Below are positions 39,383 through 51,713 of a stretch of 64,000 nucleotides of DNA, piece by piece. The stretch lies in assembly GCA_904063045.1 (NCBI GenBank), contig CAJFCJ010000007.1, positions 4,285,404 to 4,349,403 on the forward strand, in the 5' to 3' direction. This stretch comes from Dimorphilus gyrociliatus (taxonomy: Eukaryota > Animalia > Annelida). Position numbers and translations under genes: made by a program. Within the stretch, counting starts at the first letter, position 1. Each line of letters opens with the position of its first letter. The notes below the pieces were generated by a model. The model was given only the letters and a program-made list of their open reading frames with translations, was not told the DNA's origin and searched no databases.

Positions 39383-42300
39383 ATGATAATCAACAATTTA
39401 TTAGTGCAGTTGACTATTATTGCATTCTATGCCATTAAGTGTAAAACTGAAGGTGAAATTCATCTATGGAATAGGTATCATTGTTAATAATATGTCAGCT
39501 ATATGTACAGACATCTTTAGATATACGTTATTATCAATAAGGAAATAAATGTTTTCTAAAAAAAACTGTTTAGGCAATAAGCTTTAATAGATATAACAAT
39601 GTGAGCAATAAGTGAAACTCGTCTAGCAACAACAATGTCTTTGTGCTTACAAATAAGGAAAGTTCTCTGATAGAGTAAAATGATAATCTTCAATTAGTTG
39701 TTTTTTCATTAAATATACATTTATTCTATATAAATGAAACTATTGAAATAATTTATCCAAAACATATTATCACTGTAAAAACCCACTTCTCATATAGTTA
39801 TAAGCAATTTCACAGTTGAATTTGCATAACTTTTTAAAAATAAGTATATATTCTAATATTTCTTATTAATAGCCTGTTAGATATGTATGAAGACTTAAAC
39901 GAAAATGATCTTCAAATTCAACAAAGAACGCGCTTGAAAGACTGCAAATATAAAGTATTTCAGTCGTATCACTACGGATTTCCTAAAGATATGACATTTA
40001 ATGTACTAATCAACAGCATTCGCGATTTAATTAACGATGGTTACTCCGGTTATAAAAGTGGTCACTGGGGTAAAATTGTTATTACTATCAATTTTGCTGA
40101 CTTTTTCAATCAAATTGCAACAAAATGCTTTGAAATTGAGCCAAACAATCCTAATTGCATTTGGGAAATGACTTCCGCCAAAAAAGCATTAGATAATTAC
40201 GAATACAATAATATAAGGGGCAAATCTTCTATGGCCCAAAAACTATCGGGTGTACCTTATTCCGATGAAGAATTATCCGTTATAATAACTTTTCTGGAAT
40301 GCATAGAAAGACGATCGAAATCTTCCTCTTTCATTTATCATCATGAAATAAATTGTCCTAACCCTTGTCTAAAAAAACCTTGCATGAGTATAGATTACGC
40401 AATTCATGATTCGTGTCAGATTGCGTTCCCTGGAGCACAAGAAAATCAATTTATCTGTTTATGCCAACAATATTTTGAGTGGAGTAGTTCTTCATTAAAA
40501 TGCATAGAGGAGGCGGTTTGTGCTGAAGCAGAAGGTATTTGTAAAAACGACGGAATTTGCGTCAGAGACGCAGCGAAGATTAGCACTGGTTTTGTATGCA
40601 AATGCACTGAAACTCATTTTGGTAGAACATGTGAGGCTCCAAGAAATGCTTGCATTGAGAGATATAAAAAAAAACTGAAACCTGGAAATCAGCTATGTGG
40701 AGGATATGACATTGAGGATGGAAAAATGATCGAAGTCTACCCAGGAATGGGGAAAGACGGCAGATTAGGTGAATGCAAACCCATTCTTGGTACTGATAGG
40801 TAAAACCAAAGAAAAAAAGCTGTTAGATTGAATCCCTTATTTTCTTATTGTTTAATCTATTAAAATTAATTGCACGTCTTTGCTATTAAAAGTTTCGGAT
40901 GCTTATGCTATAATGGATTTCGTCACGATGAAAAAGTATCGAAAGATCCTAATTGCCGCCAGAAATATTCAGCTGTGTGCGATAGTAGTGTTTGTCCGCC
41001 TGAAATAGGAAGAAAATGCCGAGAGGGAAAATGTGTTTGTGCCAACATTCTAGAAATAAATACGTTGGAGCTATCCGACGAAATAAGTAGTTCATTTTTT
41101 TTTATCATTTTTCGACAGAAGAAAAGCAATTTGACTATTTTTAACTTTTGTTAGGCTGTAGTGATCTAGAGGCTGCAACAGAGTGGCTTCCATGGGGGCC
41201 TTGTGAACCACATTGTACAACTAGACCAGAACTAAAAAGATATAAAAAACGTCAGAGAAACGGCTGCGCCCTAAAAGATGGAAAATACTGCCATATAATG
41301 CAACAAGCCTTAATATTAACTGAACAGATTGAACGATGCGACAATATTTTCCCTTGTAAGATTGATGGTACTTGGTCAACTTGGAAAGATTGGACCAAAT
41401 GTAGTTTTATATGTGGAAATCAGGCCACCAAGACAAGAGTTAGACTTTGCTATTATAATACAAGCTTTGACTTTAGACAGAATACCAACTTAAACAGGCG
41501 TAAAGTGTTTTTTTTTTATTATTATTATTGAATTTCATTTTCAATACGAGACAGAAATAATTACTTTCTCAACTGTTATCAGATTGGAATAGTTTGATAA
41601 GAGGTAAACCTTGTCAAGGAGATTCGACAGAGACCCAATACTGTACAAACTTAAAGCATTGTCCACCGGGAATTAACCCACAGTTACTAAAAAACTCTCG
41701 TTTAAGACAGTTATTCGATGATCCATTTTTTAATACCTCACTAAATGGTATGACTGTTTGGACAAGATGGAGCAAATGCAGTTTGATCATTAATAAGGAT
41801 TGTGGTATGGGTCAAATGATACGATTTCGCATTTGTCAATATGGACCGGGTTTGTGCCCCGGGATTTCAATGTTTAATATGGGTCAATGCAAAAAACCGT
41901 GTCCAAATAATTATAAACTTGGAACTTGGAGTTCTTGGACAAATTGTAGAAAGGGAAGATGCTTTAGAACTAGATTCTGTAAAGGCTCAGAGGAATTTTG
42001 TGGAAGAAAGAGGAGAGAAACACACGACTGCGTTAAGGACAATGCAAATGCAGCTGAAGCATGCAAAGGCTTATGCAGGTGTTATGGACAGGGTTCGTGA
42101 CAGTGTTTTGTCTTTTCCAACTAATACTATTCTTAACCAATATTATAGTTTTAACTAAAGAAATAGGCTTAATTGCTCTCTTGTATGGTAAGACAATTCT
42201 AGAAAAGAATCGCCATCAATTCATTAAGGGTAGAACTGGAGGCGATATCATGCTCACAAGGAGTAGGTACCTGCAGCGGGTTTTTTTTGTGTATATTTTC

Positions 42301-42713
42301 TTTTGACATACAGGATTTTTGAAGAGATATAAAAAGATGCGAAATCTTTTACGTTAGTATCGAATAGATACTCACAAATGATAGAAATATAATAAATTGC
42401 AGGTATAGAGAAAGGGTTAGCTTGGTACTGGTTTCTATTAATAGGTGGTCTGCCTTTGTTGTGCTGTCCAATTATAACATTTCTTGCATATAATTTTTGT
42501 AATCGTTGTCGGAAAGGCCAAAGATATTCTTCTTTACAAGAAATTGAACACTCGAAGGATAGTCGTAAATATTCAAGGTCATCGAATCAGATTGTTAAGC
42601 CAAAACCACCTAGATATTCTACCATTATATTTAAGGAGGGAGATGCTTCTTCAGACAATTCTTCAACTCTTGTAAAATTATCCGACAATAAAAAAGGTCA
42701 AAGGTTAAAATGA
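39383..42713 (+). CDS. Uncharacterised type-I membrane protein: signal peptide, unknown helical domain, several EGF-like repeats, about four TSP1 repeats, TM helix and short cytoplasmic tail
   Basis: Exon 1 (39383-39452) is MIINNLLVQLTIIAFYAIKCKTE. EGF repeats include CKNDGIC...FVCKCTETHFGRTCE. TSP1 motifs are EWLPWGPCEPHC, WSTWKDWTKCSFICG...RVRLC, WTRWSKCS...RFRIC and WSSWTNC...RTRFC. TM is GLAWYWFLLIGGLPLLCCPIITFLAYNFC. Exon joins at 42090-42400 are uncertain. Confidence 0.8.
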
Positions 42714-42932
42714 AACAAAATTAAATATTAAAAAACTATTTTCTTATATTCATAAATATAATTACATTAAATTGTATAAATTTTATTAAAACTGTTTTAT
42801 AAAAATGCACTTTAATAAAAAGGACATTTAAAGAAACAAGAAAAAAAATAACGTAATAAAAATATAAAAGTATAATAAAAACTATATAGTGCTAAAAACA
42901 TCCTTAACTCTCCTCCCATTAAGTTAGTTTTT

Positions 42933-45900
42933 TTATGAGCAGAACCACAAAATCATTGCTAAGAAGATGTTAACCCATACTGCTTTGATAGCACTACTTC
43001 CAGCAGCTATTCTACATTTTAAAGTATGAAACCTAAAATGGAAGAAAGAGGCAAACTTAACTATGAGTATTTAACTTTGAAGTGGAATCTTACCTATTCT
43101 GTTCGTTACTAAGCATTTTTCTATATTCTTCTTCCATTGTTTGACCATCAAAATACCACGCTCGATCATTAAATGGGTATTCAAAACCCTGACGACATTC
43201 ACACTTGTACCCGCCTCGGTGAAATTTTCTACCGGGTGTCAATAACGGTATCGGGACACACTGAAGGGAAAATGATAATTAACTCTAAGGATAGAGATGG
43301 AAAATGAACACTTATACTAAAGGTCCCGTAAGATTAGATTACGGATTGCTCGAGCTCAAATAGAACGTATGGCACAGGAGAGTATTCACATCTAATAAAT
43401 CCGTGAATATTCCGCCAGTGCCAAGCGTCCGATTAGCTAAAAACTAGGACTACATGATGGAGTCATACTCCAAAGAAAAGGATAATAACAGATACTTACG
43501 TATGTACTCTCATAATGGCAACGGGCAGTATTCTTAAAAGCGTTTGCAATATAGAATTCAGCTGGACATTGATTCAAATCCAGGGTTTCTAATTTAACGT
43601 CTACCGTAACGACTCCTTTAAATTCTAGAGCTGTACCAATCGAATTTTTTCCAAAGAAAGGAACTGAATACGTCACAACCCAATCATTAACGTGACCAAG
43701 ACTGTCTTCCTTCTCTCCACCGCAACTAAAATAGGGCGGGGACCACCAGCCATCATCCTCCTCAGGTGCTCGATAATAAAGGGGGTAAAGTTCAAATTTT
43801 TTAGAAGATGTTCCATTTATATCCGATCGAATCATTGGTTTCTCTGTATATTTGGTTAAGCCGTATGTATTAGATTGCCAACGCTCTTTTACTTCTCTAA
43901 ACCATCGTTCTTCTAAATAAGCTTCATCCAAGCCAGCTTTGTCTAGCGCTCTGTAGTTTTTATTTGCTTGATCAGCATCATCTCCTCTTTTAGTATGGCG
44001 CCAGGCGTACGGACCGAATAACTGACGTGTTTTGCCGTCGGGACCAACATATTTATCTCGGTCAAAGAATATTCCCGATCCATGCAATTTTAAATCTCCC
44101 ATTACATTTGCCAAAGCTTCTCCAAACAATAATTCGATGTTCAGTAGTTTATCACCTCTTAAATTACCATATTCTTCGTACATATCAATATTCTGAAGGA
44201 AATTACTTAAAAAATGTGATAAACGTAGTGCTGTTCTTGCTTGGTTAGAAAATTGCTTTTGAACGCCATAGGCAACATCACCGGGTAATTCTAAGTCATC
44301 CATTGATTTTTCATGACAGTTATCTCTAGTTACTGATTCCTTTTTACGGAGTAAGTCCTGCATACGTTCATGAGCTTTTTTGTCGAAGGTGGCCCTTTTA
44401 GATCGACTTTTAGCATTAGTACTGCGTTTATATCGGGCAACGAAGACCTTTCTCTTTCTCCTCTGAGATGACTCAATCATTTCTTGGGCTTTATTGTAGC
44501 TATATTGCAGTTCCTTTAAGTCAACTGACCGCAAAAATCGCTGCTGTTTTGTCAATATTTTGCTTTGACCGTCTAACGCCTTAATGGAACGTTTTTCAAC
44601 TTTTTCTTTATCTATAACTGGTCCTTTAGCTTCTCGTTTTTCAATTTTTGATTGCTTTTTTTGGACGGAGCGTTTTGAGCGACCAATACCTAGAGTCCCA
44701 TTTCCACGGATGATTGGTATAACTTGTTTCAGGCCTACAGGTAAACATTCAAATCCTCTTTCATACTCTTCCTCAGTTGCGCTTTCAATTTGAGATCCTT
44801 GGAAAGGGCCTCTTTGCCAAGGAGGATATCTGTAACCAGGAAGGCATACGCATTGATAGCCTCCTCGTCGAAAGCCCCAGCCATACAAGGGCTCGCACAT
44901 AGTGGACTTTTTACATCTAGATATATCGGTCAGATATGATTTAGGATTTCCTATTCCAGCAGGACATGGGTTAAAATCAACGCTCAAAAAGTCTATATCT
45001 TGTACAGATGCTGCAGTAATCCTATAAAATAGTACACTCTTATGTAATTTAATTTCTAAACTAGACAAAAAAAACAAATACGAACCAATGTCTTCTTAAA
45101 TGAAACCATTCCAAGTATCTTGGCAAGTGATCAACTATAGGAGCAGAAGCCGAAACAATCCATTTATTTGATCTTCCACAATCGAAATAGGGTCTGGTAA
45201 AATCTACAGGTTGAAATACTTGCTTTTGATTTTGCTGATTTTGTCCTGGAAAAGGTGGACCATAGAAAGTTTTTCCTTCAAACTCGTCAGTAGTAAATTT
45301 TCCAGTTTCGTTCGAATATTTTATACCGACATTATAATTATGTTTCTTGATCGAATCCAAACCTTTCTTACCCCACCCATCGGGCATCCACTTAAAATAC
45401 CATTCATTTAATTTATACGTGTCTCGAGTATAATTGTTTTGTGGACCAGCTCCGTAATCAACTACGTCTATAGTTTGATTTGTGGGCTCTCTTAAAAAAT
45501 TTGTAGGTTCATTATAATCGTCAAATCTAAATGCCCTGGGTCCAAATAGTAACATGGTATGATTTATAGCTATATTTCTATACCAATTAGGATAGGTCTT
45601 ATTAAACTCGAAAAATATTCCTGACCCATTGATGTTATATTCATTGGCACTGACGTCTGCTGCTGCTGAAAAGTAGTAGTACATCAATCCAGGTTGATAT
45701 TTGAAATGATGAGTTTCATTAAGTTTTTGAAAAACATAAGAGTAGAAAAAAGCCCGATTTAAAGCCATATTGTGCAAGTGAAGAAGATTGGTTCTATTCG
45801 GATAAATAACAGTGGACAGAAGTCGATTAAATTGAGGTACTTGACCGACGGTTGTCTCCGGTAAATGAAGTTCTTCTTTAGATTTGGAAGCACAATTTTC

Positions 45901-46080
45901 AGCGTTAACAGCGTCCATTCTTTGTGTAATTTCATCGAATTTATCAAACTTAGCCCATGAATAGGGCGATTTAGATTGGACAACAACTGCTTCTTGCAAT
46001 ACGACGAAAGCAAATATAAGAGCTGCCCCTGCTGTAACTATTCCAAATCGGAAAGTTTCTCCCTTCTTAAATCTCTCCAT
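42933..46080 (-). CDS. Secreted, probably GPI-anchored protein with two tandem GPR158/GPR179-type extracellular (Cache + EGF) modules and no 7TM domain
   Basis: N-terminal hydrophobic signal. Module 1: GSGIFFE, FGPRAFR, TRPYFDCGRSNKWIVS, DFNPC, GFRRGGYQCVCLPGY. Module 2: ARTALRLSHFL, GSGIFFD, FGPYAWR, GWWSPPYFSCGG, WVVTYSVPFFG, FKGVVTVDV, DLNQC, HRGGYKCECRQGFEYP. The last exon is FHTLKCRIAAGSSAIKAVWVNIFLAMILWFCS with a stop at 42933. Confidence 0.85.
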
Positions 46081-46194
46081 TGGTTCCGTTTATCAATCTA
46101 AAACACGATCCTGTTAAAATAACGTAACAAACTGCAGTTCTGCTATATCTTATTCACCTGAGCAGAGATCACTAATCGCAGGTAATCGCCTATA

Positions 46195-46366
46195 GCGCCA
46201 TCTACAAGTTCAGTTTCGAGGTAAGAGAAATATTTGGAAAAAAAAAATTATTTATTTATTGTAAAATTATAATCTTTGATTAAATTAACAGGATAATTCT
46301 TTATTAATTTTTTCCAAATTACGCAACCGGAAGTGACGTTAAATTTTTTTTTTGTGCGCAAGCGCA
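46195..46366. promoter_or_regulatory. Bidirectional promoter (GPR158-like / USP10) with CTCF-like, ETS-CRE and NRF1-like motifs
   Basis: GCGCCATCTA at 46195-46204, CCGGAAGTGACGT at 46327-46339 and TGCGCAAGCGCA at 46355-46366, between ATGs at 46080 (-) and 46466 (+). Confidence 0.65.
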
Positions 46367-46465
46367 TATCCGACTTCCACCATGATGGAGCGACTGTAGG
46401 ATTCTTAGGAATGATTGTTTTTGAAAATGAATTAACGAGCAATTAAAGCAGTGAATTTACCAGTA

Positions 46466-49400
46466 ATGGAGGGTGAGGATAAGGTAAAAACATAGATTAA
46501 ATCTACTTAAAAATTTTCTGCAAAAGATACCTCATTCTATCGTAAATGGGGACTTTATTAGTAACCATGTGTCAACACTGACTTATACAGAGACCGAACC
46601 TCGGACTCTTTACAACAAAAGATTGATACACACCTAACCCCCTCAATTTTATGCACAAATATTATATTGACAAATATAACTTGTGATGAAAATTCTAATT
46701 AAGCGTCATATCCTCCTACAGTTATCATTATCGTTCCTTGATGTCGACGGTTTGAATGACGACGAAAAGGATGAATTGTCAGGTATTTTACGCGGGAAAG
46801 GTGCTATGGAAATGACTAGTATTGTAAGTAACCTCTATTAAGTGTCACACGAAGGTCGATTAACGAGATTTTTTTAGCCGGTTACATCGTCTGAACAGCA
46901 TAATGAACTTTTTGAAGAAAAAATCGACAATTCTTTAGTAGAAGACGAATATAAAGGACATGGCGAGAGAGCGCACCTGGACCGAGATTGCGATTCCGGA
47001 ATGAATGTGGACGATTCCTTAGTTAGCGGACATGCATTTCCAGATCTTCAAGAACCGTTTCCAGCTCCTTATTTTCCTAATAATATGCCACCATATATTC
47101 CTTGTTATCCAGTCAGTGACGGACAGTCACCAGACTCATGGCACCAGCCTGTGTTTATGCCGTATTATGGCGTCGGAACCTTTCTTCATCACTCGCAACC
47201 TCCATTGTTAGTACCGCAGCATTATCCTCACCCTTACCACTTGCCTTTGCCTGCGGGACTACCACTGGGTTTTGATCCCCACCGACCTCCACCCAATTTC
47301 ATAGACCCGCAGCAACAGGGTCACACTTTTCAGCAACAGCATGTGAAACGTCAGCACCATGCTCAAAGCTGCGACTCTGCCTCGTATAAATCATCCACGG
47401 ATAGCACTGGAACGCCCCCAATGCAGTATTATTACGAAGATAATAACACAGATCCGATGAGCATTAAAGAATTCAGAAAAAAGAGTAACGATAAAAAAAG
47501 CAAAATTGTAACCGTCTTAAACAATGCGGTAAATGCAGACCAACCTGCAACTTTAAATGCAAGTGACGAAAGCACAATCGAGGCAAACGTTTCTGCTGAT
47601 AAAAACTGTTCTAGCCCAGTCAATGCTGCAGAAGAGAACTGTAAAGTTCAAGAGATAAATGAAGTAATAATCCCTGCAAAAGAAAATGGTGAAACTGAAA
47701 ATTTGATTCAAAAATCTGATCCCTGTGATGCATGTAATCATCAAACTATGTCTGAAAAAAACAGTTCCAACGAAACTGAAATGGAATTGAAATTTGGAGA
47801 TTTAGAACCTGAATTGCGTTTGTTGGTTAAAACAAACAATAATAATAATGCGAAAGAGGGTGCTAGCCCAAAATCAACCTTGATCACAAATGTTGATGCA
47901 GCTTCAATTTCCAACTGTGTTAATGAAGAGGCAGAGATTGAAAACAATATTAGCCAAGAATTGACTTCCACCAAGCCATCATCGCCGGATCATCCTGCTG
48001 TTAAAGCAGAAAGCGTAGCGGATGAAGATGCTCGTTTGCGTCCTGTTAAAGACACAGACTTTCCGTGTATTCCAGGAACCAAGCCAGCAGTAAAGGAGTC
48101 AACATCGAAAAGCTGGGCAGGTTTATTTAAAAGGAATCGTGGTCTCCAAAAACCCAACAACATCGACGGAACCGACCGCCCAAAGGAAAACTCATTCGAA
48201 AAGGATGACTTTAGTCCTGAGCAACGAGAACGTCTTGTTCAAGTAGCCGATACCCTATTGGCTTACAAACACTCTTATCAACCGTACCCACTTCGCATGC
48301 GTGGTTTGTGCAACAAAAGCAACTGGTGTTATGTCAATGCAACACTACAGGCGCTCCTCTCATGTTCAGCGTTTGTTCGTTTGCTCAAAAATATACCGTC
48401 CAGTGGTCCAACAGGGTCTGTCTCACCTACACCTATTGCGGACTCTCTTATCGACTTTTTGGGTTACTTTGAGAGCTTTTCGTCACCCGCAGTACTAGTA
48501 GAAAATAAAATAAAACTTAAGAGTAAGTTGACATCTCCTAAATTTGAGCAATATAAACTGGAACTCTTTTACAGATCCAAGAGCAACTCCGCAAGATTTG
48601 AATTTAGGCGTGAAGTTTGAACCCGAGTCCATTTATGAGATGTTAAGAGACTGTGAGAGCCAGCAGATTTTTAAGGTTAGTCATGTTACTAAAGTATTTA
48701 TGGTATATATAACATTCAGGTAAACTTTGTAGGATGGAAGACAAGAAGATGCTGAGGAATTCTTAAGCTTTGTCCTAAATAAATTACATGATGAATTTCT
48801 AGCGGCTATGAAATTAAGAAAGAAACCAGTTGAAAATGGGCTGGCCAAAGAGGTAACTGAAACTGAGGACGCTACCGATAATAATAATTGGGAACAAGTG
48901 ATGCCGAAGAATAAGAGTATAATAACTCGTCATGCAACAGTTGAACAAAGTCCAATAATGGACTTATTCGGAGGTGTTATTCGATCAGCTGTTCGTAAAA
49001 GTGGCGAAAAAGATTCAGCTACTTTACAACCATTTTTTACTCTACAACTTGATATACAACCGGAAAATGTAAACAGTGTACGCGATGCTTTGGAGCATCT
49101 GGCTTCTAAGGAAGTCTTAACTGATGTGACTAGTGGGAAAACAAATCAACAAGTTGAAGCTACACGTCGGACTACGCTTGAACATTTGCCTCCTATTCTT
49201 ATACTTCATCTAAAAGCTTTTGTTTATCAAAAGAACGGGGGAAGCGTAAAAGTTTGCAAAAATGTGGATTTTGATTGCACATTAGAGATCAGTAAAGGTA
49301 TTTGTTTTTTTATAGTTGCTATTCAATTTATTAAACACGTTAAATAATATTGCAGAACTTTTATCATCAACTGTCCGTCAGAAGTACCAATCAGCAAATT

Positions 49401-49618
49401 CTCGACGCTATAATTTGTTCGCCGTTATCGGGCACCACGGAGAACAAACTCAGGGTGGACATTACTCGGCCGATGTCTATCATAAAGGATTAAATTGCTG
49501 GCTAAAAGCCGACGACGAAGTAATTCGTAGCCAGCCGAAAGGTAACGTTTTCAAACAGCACCAGGGTTCACGGATACCATACATTTTGTACTATGAGAGA
49601 ATCGACGCTTTTTCCTAG
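46466..49618 (+). CDS. USP10: Ubiquitin carboxyl-terminal hydrolase 10 (Ubp3 orthologue), multi-exon
   Basis: Cys box RGLCNKSNWCYVNATLQALL, GRQEDAEEFL, ATLQPFFTLQLDIQ, LPPILILHLKAF and His box HHGEQTQGGHYSADVY, preceded by a long disordered N-terminus. Stop at 49616-49618. Confidence 0.93.
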
Positions 49619-50944
49619 TCGATGGCGCTCGCGCTAAACTTTTCCAAGTCGAACTGCTCAAATTGTATGTCGACTTTTTTTATCCTGTACTGCAGCTGTG
49701 GGTGTTATGTTATTATCACTTCCCACGTAATTGTTCACTTTTGTTTTACGGTGCCTTAGTTAAGTGTGCGTCAGCGTGTGCGCGTGTGTAAAATGCTGTA
49801 GATTAATGTATAAAGATAACATATATTATTGGCAGAAAATCTTTTTACTGGACTTGATATCATAAAACTGTACTCTTCTGTTATCCACATAATGACTATT
49901 GAATGAATAACAACTATGCAGCGTTTTGGTTAAATTGTACAGATTATTGTCGTATTCATGAAAAGTTTATTTTTTTAGAAACGCTGCTCGCCTCGAAAAT
50001 GATTGTGTCTAAATCCTTAAAACAATGTGATAAACGATCTTTTGTTCGTGTAATACTACTATACCACATAGAGATACACGCGCATCTGTTTAGCAGCAGT
50101 TTTAGCGTAGATAACATTGAAAGTCTCCCTTCCGCACTTCAAAAGTATGTTCGAATTGTAACAAATGTAGTTTGATTGTTAATTACTGTTATTCTGCTGC
50201 TAAAACGATTTTGTCGATAATGAAGTTGATTATCGTACTGGCGCTGCAGTTAGGAAGAGGTATTACCTTTTTGTTGATCGCTATGTGATAGATTTGTCAA
50301 GATAACCGCCGTAACCTTTTCATATTGCATATGTAATATATACATAAAATATGTCTACATATATTTTTATGTGTATATTAATACTTGTATACATAACTGT
50401 TCCACGTCCGTACATATAAAGTATACAATATATACCATATATGTATATATGAAATATTTATAAACGTATTGAGAAATTTTAAAATGAATTTATATATATA
50501 TATTGTATTTATGTATCAGTATATATATGCGCTTATACCTGTATGCGTATAAATATGTATATAAGGTAGGAGAGCTTATGCTAGATAGGTGTAGGCATGT
50601 CTTTTGTTAACTTTCACATACTATACATATTTATATCGAGGATCAGAGAGATCTATGATTTTTTTTTTTTTTGGATATTAGCTGAATTGCTTCGTTAAAT
50701 GTGTAATTCTAGAATCTGAATATTTAATTTTAAAAATGTCAATAAATTCGGATTCAAGAACTGATCATTATAAACTAGTTTGTAAAAAAACGGTAAAAAT
50801 GTAAAGAAAATTTTATATAGAGTTGCGGTTAAAACAAAATAATTGTAATAAAAATATAAAACTTTTTCAATATTTTGTTTAATAAACGTATTTAACACGG
50901 TTTCTGAAAAAAATCAAAAACTCATCATGCATACAACAAAGTTT

Positions 50945-51654
50945 CTAACAAATTTTCTCTTTATGAAATTTTTCAACAATTTTCCGAACATGGGATAAGG
51001 CATGGTCATTACCTTTTGAGGTAGCAGCAGCTTTAGTTGGTATTATACCAACATTTTCTGGACCATAAGGAGGTGATATTTTAACACCGTTAAACACTAA
51101 TAATGATTTCTCCTGCCAACTCACATCCTCTAATCTTTAGAATTCAAAGAGTAGAAAATCAAATAACTAATCAAAAAATTGAAAGTAAATATATGAAGAA
51201 AGGCAACTTACGTTTTTCGTATATAGTTACACAGATTTTGACCAACTGGCGTCACATCCAATCCAACATACCTCGATTCCGTTCTTTTGTATTCAACGTT
51301 TCTTTGGATGCGTTTATCAATTTCATCTTTCCCAGCGAAATCTATAGTTAAATCAAAATCCCCTTTAGCTTCTTCTACTACACTTACACTCTCAAGAAAC
51401 TGCATATTTATCATATCTATATCGAAGAGATGCTGCTTTCCACTGTGAGCTTTCCTTCCTACAGTAGCAATAACGTGAATAATTTGGATAAGATCGTTGT
51501 TATTATCGATTAAAAACTCACTTAAAACGAGAATTTGATTTTGAGGATCAAATGCCACTACCTCCCCAGTTTTCTCTCTTCCATCTCTACAGCGAACTGA
51601 TACTTTTGTGCCCTTTCTCAGGCACTCTTCGTCTTCTATCTTCTCGTCCGCCAT
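50945..51654 (-). CDS. LSM12: LSM12 homologue, copy A (Lsm fold plus anticodon-binding-like domain), three exons
   Basis: GTKVSVRCRDGREKTGEVVAFDPQNQILVL, DIDMINMQFL, YVGLDVTPVGQNLCNYIRKT|LEDVSWQEKSLLV, ISPPYGPENV and HALSHVRKIVEKFH. Stop at 50945. Confidence 0.9.
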
Positions 51655-51703
51655 TGTCGATGCTATCGACCGACGACGACCAACGGTTACCGGTTGAGCG
51701 TCA

Positions 51704-51713
51704 GCGCCATCTA
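51704..51713. promoter_or_regulatory. CTCF-like core motif upstream of LSM12 copy A
   Basis: GCGCCATCTA, 50 bp upstream of the ATG. Confidence 0.45.

Noticed and set aside
49903-50898. ORFs between USP10 and LSM12-A
   Set aside because: They fall in the expected convergent 3' UTRs, with no recognisable domain or splice support.
51471-51530. Apparent insertion SEFLIDNNNDLIQIIHVI in LSM12-A
   Set aside because: It is an in-frame intron (gtgagt...tag) at the same position as the intron in copy B.
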